In this document: positions 42,171-51,402 of the stretch, one piece after another
How the letters are laid out: every line of letters begins with the position of its first letter
How positions within the stretch are numbered: the stretch's first letter is position 1
DNA from: Bacteroidia bacterium
Lineage (GTDB): Bacteria > Bacteroidota > Bacteroidia > NS11-12g > UBA9320
NCBI GenBank assembly: GCA_965216465.1
Contig: CBDCFW010000003.1
Location: 96,001 to 160,000, forward strand
Length of the DNA: 64,000 nt
Direction of reading: 5' to 3'
Notes under the pieces: generated by a model
Seen by the model: only the letters and a program-made list of their open reading frames with translations
What the model was told of the DNA's origin: nothing
The model's database searches: none
Made by a program: the position numbers and the translations under genes

Positions 42171-44063
42171 ATGGGAGATCAATCGGTTAATAAATTTTCT
42201 GATCCTGATGCAAAAAAGTTGTTTACACGTATGTTGTTGAACGACATTAATGCTCTAGATCGAATGATCAAAGAAGGTTTAATTGAATCTGGTATTACTC
42301 GAATTGGTGCTGAGCAGGAACTATGCTTGGTTGATGAAGAGTATTATCCGTCCATAAACAATATTGAAGTTTTAAAGGCTATAGACGACCCTCATTTTGT
42401 GCCTGAGATTGCTAAATTCAATATTGAAGCCAACTTAGATCCTCAGGAGTTTGATTCTGACTGTTTTATACGGATGGAAGATCAGCTCCGAACACTCATG
42501 GCGAAGGCTCATGAAGCTACGTTAAACAAGCGAACAAAAATTGTAATGACGGGCATATTGCCTACCTTAAGAAAGGAACATTTGCAATTTGACCATATGA
42601 CACCTAATCCAAGGTATCAGGCTTTAAACGATGCAATGTATGCCCAGCGTGGAAGTGATTTTGAGCTGAACATGATGGGGGTAGATGAGTTAATAACGAA
42701 TCACACCAACATCCTCTTTGAAGCGTGTAATACGAGCTTTCAGGTTCATATGCAAATAAGTCCTGAAGAGTTCACAGAGAAATATAACTGGGCTCAAATG
42801 ATATCGGGTCCAGTTTTAGCCGCTGCTGCTAATTCCCCTTTACTTCTGGGCAAACGTCTGTGGAAAGAAACGAGAATTGCGTTGTTTCAGCAGAGTGTTG
42901 ATATGCGGAGCTCGACCAATATAAAACGAGATCAAGAACCCCGTGTCACCTTTGGCAAACACTGGCTGCGAGGCAATATAGTAGACCACTATAAAGACAA
43001 CGTGAGTCGTTTTAACCTCTTGTTTGCTTCTGATAAAGAAGAAGATGCAATGAAAGTGCTCGACGAAGGGAAAATACCAGAACTTGAAGCATTGAAACTG
43101 CACAATGGTACCGTATATAAGTGGAACAGAGCGTGTTATGGCGTAGGAGGAGGTAAGCCTCACTTAAGAATTGAGAATCGTTATATTCCTGCAGGACCAA
43201 CCATTAAAGATGAAATGGCGAACACGGCATTTTGGCTTGGAGTGATGTATGGTATGCCTGAAGAATATCGAGAATTACCTGAACTGGTAAATTTTGAAGA
43301 CGTTCGATACAATTTTTACAATGCGTGCAGAAGCGGTTTAGATTCTCAATTCAAATGGTTTGGAGAAACTGTCAGTGCTGCTGATTTAATAACCAATACG
43401 CTGTTGCCTATTGCACATCAAGGATTGCAAAATGCAGGAATAGCAGAGCAGTCGCGTGTTGAGTTGCTTGGAGTTATTGAGCAAAGAATTAAATTGAATA
43501 GAAATGGCGCCAAATGGATACTCGAAAACTTTAGCACCATGCTTAAAGGCTCTACGGCAAACGAATCGAGTAGAAATATTACAGAAGCGATATATCAAAA
43601 TCAAATGACCTCAAGACCAGTACATGAGTGGGAAGACTTAGATCCTAATGGAGAGATTGTACCTCGACGGTTTAGCAAAGCTCGGGACATTATGGAAACA
43701 GAATTGTATATCGGAAAAGAGGATGACATCATTGAGCTTGCTATCAATATGATGGACTGGAAGAATATTCGCAGTATTCCGGTTGAAAATACAAAGAATG
43801 AATTGGTGGGGCTTATTACCCCACGTGAAATATTAAAATATCATACCTTAAGTCAAGACGAAAAGCCCGAAACGCTAAAAGAAATCATGACTACTGAATT
43901 TATCACAATTCCGCCCTACGCTTCAACGCAAGAAGTAGTAGATTTGCTCGGCGAAACCAGAGCATCTTGTGCCTTGGTTGTTGATGGTAAACATATTGCC
44001 GGTGTTGTGAGCGAAAGTGATGTAGTTCAGGTGGCAAGAATGACAAAAATTTTTAATAAGTAG
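42171..44063 (+). CDS. Glutamate-cysteine ligase (GCS2)-superfamily protein fused to a C-terminal CBS pair
   Basis: GAEQE, E..KFNIE.N, SFQVH, ANSP, WNR, LRIENR; CBS motifs IPV..LVGLIT and GVVSESD. Confidence 0.82.
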   Translation: MGDQSVNKFSDPDAKKLFTRMLLNDINALDRMIKEGLIESGITRIGAEQELCLVDEEYYPSINNIEVLKAIDDPHFVPEIAKFNIEANLDPQEFDSDCFIRMEDQLRTLMAKAHEATLNKRTKIVMTGILPTLRKEHLQFDHMTPNPRYQALNDAMYAQRGSDFELNMMGVDELITNHTNILFEACNTSFQVHMQISPEEFTEKYNWAQMISGPVLAAAANSPLLLGKRLWKETRIALFQQSVDMRSSTNIKRDQEPRVTFGKHWLRGNIVDHYKDNVSRFNLLFASDKEEDAMKVLDEGKIPELEALKLHNGTVYKWNRACYGVGGGKPHLRIENRYIPAGPTIKDEMANTAFWLGVMYGMPEEYRELPELVNFEDVRYNFYNACRSGLDSQFKWFGETVSAADLITNTLLPIAHQGLQNAGIAEQSRVELLGVIEQRIKLNRNGAKWILENFSTMLKGSTANESSRNITEAIYQNQMTSRPVHEWEDLDPNGEIVPRRFSKARDIMETELYIGKEDDIIELAINMMDWKNIRSIPVENTKNELVGLITPREILKYHTLSQDEKPETLKEIMTTEFITIPPYASTQEVVDLLGETRASCALVVDGKHIAGVVSESDVVQVARMTKIFNK

Positions 44064-44965
44064 TGGAGCGAATAATAGGAGAGATTAACGGCGAAGAAAA
44101 AGGGCCGTTGTTAATATTTATTGGAGGAGTACATGGGAATGAGGCTCAAGGACTAATAGCACTTGAAAACATCTTTAGTCAATTTAAGGGTTCAACTGCA
44201 GGCTTAAAAGGGAGAGCCATTGCTTTAAGAGGAAATTTAGAAGCTATTCGTCAAAATATTCGCTTTGTTACCTTTGATTTAAACCGAATATGGGATGTTA
44301 AGCATTTTAAGCGAGCAATAGATGTGCAAGCTGCCGAAGTGTTTGAATTGCAAGCCATACGAAAAATTGTTGAAGAAGAGCTGAAAGGAGATTTTACTCA
44401 AGCCTACCTCATAGATCTGCATACCACATCAGCCCCTACAATACCATTTATTGTAACGACGAAGAAACCAGGTAACCAAGACTTTGTACAAAAAATGAAT
44501 GTGCCTTATGTGACCGGACTTGTTGGACATTTAGATGGTACCATGTTAGCTTGGATGTGCGAGAAAGGACACTGTGGCATGGCCTTCGAAGCAGGCCAAC
44601 ACCACAGCAAAACGAGCATGATTAAGCATGAGGCGTTTGTACGCTTAAGCATGTATTACTCTGGTTTTACACCAAACTTGTCTGACGAAGAAGTCAGTAA
44701 ACTTCATAATTTACTTGAGGATGAATTGATGCCAAAGCAAAATCACTTTGAACTCAAGGAGAGGTATCGCATTGACGAGGAGGAAGAGTTTAAGATGGGA
44801 GAAGGATTTTCAAATTTCCAAAGGATTTATCAGGGAGAAGTGTTGGCTACCAATAAGTATGGAGACATACTTTCACAAGTAAATGCCAATATCTTCATGC
44901 CTTTGTATCAAGAGCAAGGGAATGATGGATTCTTTATTATTGAGCCGTTTACAGAATCGGTCTAA
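44063..44965 (+). CDS. Succinylglutamate desuccinylase/aspartoacylase (M14-like) family protein
   Basis: GGVHGNE, DLNR, IDLHTT, FEAGQH; GTG start overlaps upstream stop. Confidence 0.88.
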   Translation: MERIIGEINGEEKGPLLIFIGGVHGNEAQGLIALENIFSQFKGSTAGLKGRAIALRGNLEAIRQNIRFVTFDLNRIWDVKHFKRAIDVQAAEVFELQAIRKIVEEELKGDFTQAYLIDLHTTSAPTIPFIVTTKKPGNQDFVQKMNVPYVTGLVGHLDGTMLAWMCEKGHCGMAFEAGQHHSKTSMIKHEAFVRLSMYYSGFTPNLSDEEVSKLHNLLEDELMPKQNHFELKERYRIDEEEEFKMGEGFSNFQRIYQGEVLATNKYGDILSQVNANIFMPLYQEQGNDGFFIIEPFTESV

Positions 44966-46065
44966 GCAATTTGCTGCCTTCGAATAGCTTCCTTTTCAAG
45001 AATATTGGCAACTGACCTGAAATCAGTTCTAATTATTGGCCAACGGTCTGGATACCGCTTGAACAGCTCAAAAATCTTTTTAGCATGCTTGTTTAGTGCA
45101 TCGGTTATGGATGCATTTGAAACAGATGGGGAACAGTGGCTTCCAATGTGCTTTCCAATGATCTTAAGACCCTTTTGTTGAACCAACTCTGCAGATCGTT
45201 CGTAGCGGTCAAGCAGCTTATAGGTTTTTGCATATCGGCCAAGGTTAAGGTCTGTTTCAGACGTAGAGGCTTTGTTTCGCTGAACGCTTTTACCAAGAGC
45301 TTGCAAATGAGCAGGAGTGAGGGTTATTTCTGATTCACCTTGCACCATAGCTAGGTTTAGTTCTATTTGTATATGTTGTTTGAGGTTGTCTTCAAGCGAT
45401 TCAAAAGGCTGGTTGTAAGTCTTTAAAGCTTGAATGAATGCTTTAGATAAACGAATGGGCACACCAAATTGATCTTGAAGTCGATCGATTATGAGTTGAA
45501 TAAACTGCGTTATAGCTACCTCAAAATTTTTGCTTTGGTAGTCGAGCTGTTGCTTAATGGTTCCAATCTCCTGTTTTGTTTGCTGATTCGATTGGGCAAT
45601 GTGTTTTAAGATTGTGTGGTCTCGTTGGGCCTGAGCAATTAAGGATGAGGCAATTCCTCGAACACTGTTTTCCATCATTTTCTTTTCTCCAGCAAGCAAG
45701 TATTTAGTCTTAGAAATACCATAAGGTTTAAAGCTGGCCAGAATAAATAATGTACCACTACCGCATTCAATTCCCTTCAAGAATAAGTAATCTCGATTCA
45801 ACTCCATTTCAAGAGATGTTTGCCCAATTTGGGTCGATTGACTAAATGGAGTTTCTGTGAATGTATACCATCCTGTGTTAGCTTTATTTAAAAATTGTTC
45901 TAAACCTTTTGGTAGCTCTTCTTCATATTCACCGTGCTCGGTATAAATATGAACCGCCTTATTCTCTTGTCTCATTATGCCATACAAATGCTTTGCTTCA
46001 GGTATGGCCTGATTAATGAAATCCACCACCAGGTGGGAGATAGGTATGTTGCTACTTAATAACAC
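44962..46065 (-). CDS. Putative DNA-binding regulator (sensor-like N-terminus, coiled coil, AAA-lid-like segment, HTH-like C-terminus)
   Basis: IRLSKAFIQALKTYNQP..LEDNL..ITLTPAHL resembles a bEBP lid; no Walker A or GAFTGA. Confidence 0.5.
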   Translation of the reverse strand: MLLSSNIPISHLVVDFINQAIPEAKHLYGIMRQENKAVHIYTEHGEYEEELPKGLEQFLNKANTGWYTFTETPFSQSTQIGQTSLEMELNRDYLFLKGIECGSGTLFILASFKPYGISKTKYLLAGEKKMMENSVRGIASSLIAQAQRDHTILKHIAQSNQQTKQEIGTIKQQLDYQSKNFEVAITQFIQLIIDRLQDQFGVPIRLSKAFIQALKTYNQPFESLEDNLKQHIQIELNLAMVQGESEITLTPAHLQALGKSVQRNKASTSETDLNLGRYAKTYKLLDRYERSAELVQQKGLKIIGKHIGSHCSPSVSNASITDALNKHAKKIFELFKRYPDRWPIIRTDFRSVANILEKEAIRRQQIA

Positions 46066-46260
46066 AGTTAAGTACGAAGATAAGATAATTAAGTAAAATA
46101 TTAAGTGTAATTAAGATTAATTAAACACTTAATTTAAGCTTGATTAAGCTTTGTTAAGTGTTGATATTTTTACTTAATAAGCTGATAAATAGCGGTGTAT
46201 GTTAATACTTTTGATGCAGTTTAGTCGTTTTTAAGTAATCAAAATTGTTAAATAATTAAG
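46055..46260. repeat. Array of TTAAG motifs, phased ~10-11 bp in 46068-46158
   Basis: TTAAG at 46068, 46089, 46101, 46111, 46134, 46144, 46154, 46231, 46256; inverted copies at 46055, 46128, 46173. Confidence 0.7.
46206..46213 (+). promoter_or_regulatory. -7 promoter element for the 46265 gene
   Basis: TACTTTTG matches TAnnTTTG. Confidence 0.55.
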
Positions 46261-46264
46261 TAGT

Positions 46265-46633
46265 ATGAACACCGTAAAAAGTATCGAACAGCATCTTATA
46301 TTTGAGATTGCATCACGTTTTAATTCATTTTCTTCTAGGTCTTGGGCCCAAAGAAAACAGAACTTTCTAAAGTCTCTTGACCGTTTTATGTTAGACTTGG
46401 ATGTAAAAGAATTTAAAGAATTAGAGCTTCCCAGCGAAGCAAAACCAAAGTCAAAAACCGAAGAGAAACTCAAACCAAAATCTCGAAGAAAGCGTCGCCA
46501 TGTTGGCAAGCAATTGCAATTATTCTTTTTGAGACCAACAAAGAAAATTCTGTTATCTGCTGTCGAAACAATTGAAAATATGCTCGAGGGTCTGCACCGA
46601 AATCAAGAACAAGAAAATACTCTTAGAAACTAA
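46265..46633 (+). CDS. Small basic hypothetical protein
   Basis: 122 aa, ATG start, K/R-rich tract KPKSRRKRRH, upstream -7 element. Confidence 0.55.
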   Translation: MNTVKSIEQHLIFEIASRFNSFSSRSWAQRKQNFLKSLDRFMLDLDVKEFKELELPSEAKPKSKTEEKLKPKSRRKRRHVGKQLQLFFLRPTKKILLSAVETIENMLEGLHRNQEQENTLRN

Positions 46634-46634
46634 G

Positions 46635-47315
46635 CTATGTTTTTTCTTGGGTATGGAGGGTTTTACCGTCAAACGACACATTGTAGCTTACGCCATTTTG
46701 TACGATTTGTGCTTCGAAAGCTTCAGGACGTAGTTCGACCATGGTAGGGTACCAATTAGGCTTTAGCTCAGGGTTGGGTAGAAGAAAAATTCCTTCTTGG
46801 TCACCGTTAGTTCCGAATCGATATTTATTCCCTTTCCAAAATGGTGTGTTCAATTCGTTTTCGAGTTGAGTGTTGGTTGCTTCAACATCTGTTGTTGGAA
46901 GTCCAATCTCATTAACGCACAATAGGTTCTTTGGAGAGAAGGGTAGTGCTGATTCATTATTGAGATCATATCGAACAATGCATTCAGCTATATTGTTGTC
47001 GCCATCAACAAAATAAAAAGCTCGAGCATTCCAACTCTCAAAATGATGAAGGTCTTCAAAGTCATCAACTCGAACAACATTTGCATTTTGGTCAAACCAT
47101 GCAAATGCCTCATGCAATTGGTTTGAAGGAATAAGGAAACAATAATGGTATATGTGCTCAGATTCTGATGCTGTAAACCTTAATCGTGTCCAACCCGTTT
47201 GTACCTCAAAATAGTCAGGTCCATCGTTGACCTGGTTTAACCCCAAAACTTCAGTATAGAAGTTTCTTTGTGCCTGAAGCTTGTTGGTGTATAGGTTGAG
47301 GTAGGTTACTTTCAT
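46635..47315 (-). CDS. VOC/glyoxalase-fold protein
   Basis: FYTEVLGL, YHYCF.IP, YF.D.D.NIAE.I; TACCTTTG at 47332-47339 favours ATG 47315. Confidence 0.8.
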   Translation of the reverse strand: MKVTYLNLYTNKLQAQRNFYTEVLGLNQVNDGPDYFEVQTGWTRLRFTASESEHIYHYCFLIPSNQLHEAFAWFDQNANVVRVDDFEDLHHFESWNARAFYFVDGDNNIAECIVRYDLNNESALPFSPKNLLCVNEIGLPTTDVEATNTQLENELNTPFWKGNKYRFGTNGDQEGIFLLPNPELKPNWYPTMVELRPEAFEAQIVQNGVSYNVSFDGKTLHTQEKT

Positions 47316-47459
47316 TCTTGGCCTGTGCATACAAAGGTAGCAAGCTCAATGCTTGCCACTTATCATATTCTGTGATAGTGGGGTAGATAAAAAAGATAAA
47401 GACACAAACATTGTCGGTATTTCTGTGTTTTTTCGTACGAGGTGAAGCATCTGCTTAAT

Positions 47460-48449
47460 ATGAAATCTAAGAAAGCGATAATTGCAACTATTGCTATGGT
47501 TGCAGTTGTGCAGCTTGGATGCAATAGAACCGTAAAAATGAAAGAAAAAACTACTATGATTTGCGATCCAGATACTGGAATCTGTGAAACACCAGAATCT
47601 GATTCTTTATCCCAAAAAGCAATACATCCCATGAATCAAAAAACAAAGCTCGTATACTTTACAGACCCTATTTGCTCAGCTTGTTGGGCTATTGAACCTC
47701 AATTGAAAAAGCTTAAGCTTCAATATGCGCAGTCAATTGATATTGAGTACCATATGGGTGGACTGCTGCCGAATTGGGAGAGTATGCGTGGTGCTGCAAT
47801 TGCATCTCCTTCAGATGTGGCTCATCATTGGGATGAGATGAGCGAACATTACAAAATGCCCATCGATGGAGATGTTTGGCTAGAAGATCCGCTATCGTCT
47901 TCTTACCCTCCCTCCATTGCTTTTAAAGCGTCTGAAATTCAAGGCGAAGAAAAAGCACTCCTTTTCTTACGTCGTTTGCGTGAAATGGTCTTTGTTGAAA
48001 AAAAGAATATTACAAAATGGGATCACATTTCAACGGCGGCTGAAGAGGTTGGGCTGGATACTCAAAGATTGAAAGAAGATATTGAAAACATTGGTCCAAA
48101 ACTGTTCTACCAAGATCTTATGCTTGCCAAACAAATGGGTGTTCGTGGATTTCCAACCGTTTATGTGATAAAGCAAGGACAAGATCCTGTTCTAATTTAT
48201 GGTGCAAGACCTTACCAAAACTATGCTCAGGCTATTCATTCTGTTGATCCATCTATTAAACCATCAAGCAATGAATGGACACCATCCAACCTGATAAAGG
48301 AATATCCAAGTTTAACGGTGCGAGAGCTTGCTGAACTTGCCGAAATTGACTTTGAAGAAGCTAAGAACTTTCTTGACGAGCACGTAAGTGCTAATGAACT
48401 CCTCGAAGTTCAAACAAAAAACGGAAGCCTGTATACCAAGCTTCCGTGA
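47460..48449 (+). CDS. DsbA-fold protein, YjbH/SpxH-like
   Basis: YFTDPICSACW..EP, SSYPPSIA.KA, GVRGFPT. Confidence 0.85.
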   Translation: MKSKKAIIATIAMVAVVQLGCNRTVKMKEKTTMICDPDTGICETPESDSLSQKAIHPMNQKTKLVYFTDPICSACWAIEPQLKKLKLQYAQSIDIEYHMGGLLPNWESMRGAAIASPSDVAHHWDEMSEHYKMPIDGDVWLEDPLSSSYPPSIAFKASEIQGEEKALLFLRRLREMVFVEKKNITKWDHISTAAEEVGLDTQRLKEDIENIGPKLFYQDLMLAKQMGVRGFPTVYVIKQGQDPVLIYGARPYQNYAQAIHSVDPSIKPSSNEWTPSNLIKEYPSLTVRELAELAEIDFEEAKNFLDEHVSANELLEVQTKNGSLYTKLP

Positions 48450-48471
48450 ACCATTGAATAAGTAATTGTGC

Positions 48472-49539
48472 TTATTTAGCCACCAATATTTTCTCATCAA
48501 TTAGCGCTTGAAAAGAATCTTCCATTGTTTGTTTCAATGGACGAAAACTCATGTTCAACTCATTTATTATTTTCGAGTTGTCTGCTCTCCAAGGCACATT
48601 GATGTTTTTACGAATGAAATCTCTCGTAAAGAGTTTGTTTGTCATAGGACCTACAAGCATCATTAACCATTTTGGCAAAGCACGCTTTGGTAGAGGGAAC
48701 TGTTTACCGTATTTAGGTAGCAGTGTGGTTCCCATTTCCAAGAAGTCGCTGTTGTGTGCTGATGTGATGTATCTACCTTGTGCACTTGGGGTGTAACCCG
48801 CCTTAAAATGAGCTTCTGCAACGTCGCGAACATCCACGATACCAACACCCATTTTTGGTGCACCCATTTTCATTTCACCTCCTCCGAGCATTTTCAGCAC
48901 ATTGATGCTTTCAGATGTTGCATTCTTGGCATTAAGAGCAGGACCTAGCACAAAGCTCGGGTTTATGGTTACCAAATCCCAACGCTCTTGATTTTGCTGC
49001 ATTTCCCAAGCCTTCTTTTCAGCCATTGTTTTAGAATAGGAGTAAGGCTGGTAATCCAGAGAAGCAGTTGAATTCCATACGTCTTCTGTTATTTTTCCTG
49101 TAGGTGCATTTATAGTGTCTATAGCATCGGTATAGATCGCCGCACAGCTGCTAGTAAGTACCACACGCTTAACGCTTGGTGTTTGATTTGCTGAGTTAAG
49201 CACATTCTCAGTTCCCATTACAGCAGGCTCAATCAATTCCTTTTGTGGATCTTTTACATCTGTTGTGAAAGGAGAAGCGGTATGATAAACCAATTCGCAG
49301 CCTTCCATAGCTTCGTTATAAGAATTAGGTTTCAATAAGTCTCCTGAATAGAACTTTAATGTGCCTGGTGTACCCTTAGCGGCATCTAGCAAATGTTGCG
49401 TTTTAGCTGTGTTGCTTGGGTCGCGAACAACAGCGTGAACAGTTCTTCCTTCTTTAAGGAGTTTTTTAACTAACCAGCTTGCTACAAATCCGTTAGCTCC
49501 GGTTACCATTACAGGTTTTGTGGTGTTTATCTCTTTCAT
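48472..49539 (-). CDS. NAD(P)-dependent epimerase/dehydratase (dihydroflavonol/aldehyde-reductase-like SDR)
   Basis: TGANGFVA, HTASP, TSSCAA, YSYSK, VDVRDVA.AH. Confidence 0.9.
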   Translation of the reverse strand: MKEINTTKPVMVTGANGFVASWLVKKLLKEGRTVHAVVRDPSNTAKTQHLLDAAKGTPGTLKFYSGDLLKPNSYNEAMEGCELVYHTASPFTTDVKDPQKELIEPAVMGTENVLNSANQTPSVKRVVLTSSCAAIYTDAIDTINAPTGKITEDVWNSTASLDYQPYSYSKTMAEKKAWEMQQNQERWDLVTINPSFVLGPALNAKNATSESINVLKMLGGGEMKMGAPKMGVGIVDVRDVAEAHFKAGYTPSAQGRYITSAHNSDFLEMGTTLLPKYGKQFPLPKRALPKWLMMLVGPMTNKLFTRDFIRKNINVPWRADNSKIINELNMSFRPLKQTMEDSFQALIDEKILVAK

Positions 49540-49633
49540 TTTATCAACCTTTTGAATTATACTTCAAAGGTCGAGTGCACTGAGATGTCAATTAAACACG
49601 ATATCCTGAACTTAAAACACTATTTACATATGG

Positions 49634-50689
49634 CTAGAATTGCGTGCTGTATTTCACAGGGAATTGACCAGGAATGTCATCTTTTGACTCACTCAAGTTT
49701 TGTCTTAAATCAATTTCAATTCCTCTAGAGATAGTAGAGATTGGTACGTCATTGGCTGTACCTTCAAATGGATTTTCACCAGTTCTTCCAATTCGCTCCA
49801 TGGTGTGAAATATCCAAGAAACAATAACATAGAATGGTATCGACAACCAAACAAACAGGTTGCCCATCATCGGGTAGCTTTCAGCCATCTTACTTCCTAG
49901 GTCTTGAAACTGAGGAACAAGAGCAACAGGAAGTAACAACACAAAAATCCACATAAAGAAGTGGTTTAGTGTAGCAAAATGTCTTGGATATGGGAAATTC
50001 TTAATTCTTTCACTTTTACCCTGCAGTGTAAACAACTCTTGAAGTACCGCTTCAAGCTCAAGAAATGAGAATTCCCAAATGTTACCTTTTGATTTAAGTC
50101 GTTTCAAGTGCTCAGACTGTATATACAACAATGCGGTTTGCTTGTTGTCTTTGGCCATGATCTCCTTTATCTCATCATCTGAGATATAGCCCTTTAAGTC
50201 AGCTTCCAGGGTTGATTCCATTTCAGGTGGACGAGTATCCCATTCACGGTTGGTCTTGTGGTTCATGATGGTTTCCCAAGGCTTGTTTTGACGCATTGCG
50301 TGTCGAAGAGCCGTCATCCACGCAATGTGGCGATAGGTTAAGACTTTTATTTCCTTGTTTAACTCTTCTTGAGAAAGGACATCTTTTGCATGTTCGTTAT
50401 CGACCATGCTTTGTACGTACATCCCAAAGGTTCTGGAGGTGTTTACAATTCCTCCCCAAATCTTTCGTGCTTCCCAAATTCGTCCGTATGCAGCATTGTT
50501 TTGAAATCCTATAACAAAGGCAACGGCTGTACCAATAAGAGCTAGGGGAGTCCAAGGGATGCTTAGCCAAGCAAGGTCAAAGAAGTAATAGAGGCAAACC
50601 CATAACAGACCGATACCAATAAACTGTAGGGTTTCGTAACGGGTCCACATGGTCATTTCAAATGCAGAGAAGTTTTTCTTAGTATACAT
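49634..50689 (-). CDS. Bestrophin-family ion channel
   Basis: GFQNNAAY.R.WEARKIWG..VN.SR, ERIKNFP.P, ENPF. Confidence 0.9.
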   Translation of the reverse strand: MYTKKNFSAFEMTMWTRYETLQFIGIGLLWVCLYYFFDLAWLSIPWTPLALIGTAVAFVIGFQNNAAYGRIWEARKIWGGIVNTSRTFGMYVQSMVDNEHAKDVLSQEELNKEIKVLTYRHIAWMTALRHAMRQNKPWETIMNHKTNREWDTRPPEMESTLEADLKGYISDDEIKEIMAKDNKQTALLYIQSEHLKRLKSKGNIWEFSFLELEAVLQELFTLQGKSERIKNFPYPRHFATLNHFFMWIFVLLLPVALVPQFQDLGSKMAESYPMMGNLFVWLSIPFYVIVSWIFHTMERIGRTGENPFEGTANDVPISTISRGIEIDLRQNLSESKDDIPGQFPVKYSTQF

Positions 50690-50908
50690 GAAGCAAAGTG
50701 TTTTAGTTTTAAGTAAATATAACAAACCTATTTCGAAATGGATTGATTGTCAATTTTTAGGCCTAGAAATATTACTACAAGATGAGCCAAAAATGCAAAG
50801 AATCTTTGTGGCATTCAATGCGATAGACCGACCTTGATGAATATAAACTTTAGAAACTTCACAACACCTTTGGTGCTTCATAAAGTGTTTCTACTTAACA
50901 GAACGCTG

Positions 50909-51028
50909 ATGGAGGAGAATGAAAATCAAATTGAAAAGAATAATAAAGAAATTGCCACGTGTAGAAGGGCTATACGGTGCCTTTTAGCATTGTTTGCAAT
51001 CTTGTTAGCGTCAGCGTTCTTGTTATAG
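50909..51028 (+). CDS. Possible small membrane-anchored protein
   Basis: MEENENQIEK..RRAIRCLLALFAILLASAFLL; single C-terminal hydrophobic helix. Confidence 0.35.
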   Translation: MEENENQIEKNNKEIATCRRAIRCLLALFAILLASAFLL

Positions 51029-51077
51029 GTTATAAGGTGTCTAGGGAAGTTGGTTAGGATATCTTTATTCCCTTTTT

Positions 51078-51401
51078 TTATTTGGGTTCAAGTGTCATTA
51101 CATAGTCGTAGCTTTCATCTAACAGCTTAACTACGTTGTCTGAATCTTTTAACATCGTATCTGTGATAAGAATATAGCCACGCATAACGGCATTGTATGA
51201 CTTGAATAGGCTGGTGTTGTATTGATCGATATACTTTTCTTGAACCTCTTTCGAGAATCGAATACCCAATTCACCACTCTTGTTGAGCAATGAAAACATG
51301 TATCCGTTGGCCGAGGTATATGGCATGGTTTTTCCTTTACGCTCAAATCGTGAACATTGGGCTACAAGTGCGTCATATTTTTTTAGCTGCTCTTCGTACA
51401 T
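51078..51401 (-). CDS. Hypothetical protein, TfoX-N/YjbR-like
   Basis: GKTMPYTSANGYMF, VMRGY, SYDYV motifs. Confidence 0.6.
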   Translation of the reverse strand: MYEEQLKKYDALVAQCSRFERKGKTMPYTSANGYMFSLLNKSGELGIRFSKEVQEKYIDQYNTSLFKSYNAVMRGYILITDTMLKDSDNVVKLLDESYDYVMTLEPK

Positions 51402-51402
51402 T

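Noticed and set aside
46066-46264. Chromosomal oriC
   Set aside because: AT-rich, but no TTATCCACA-like DnaA boxes seen and no typical oriC-flanking genes
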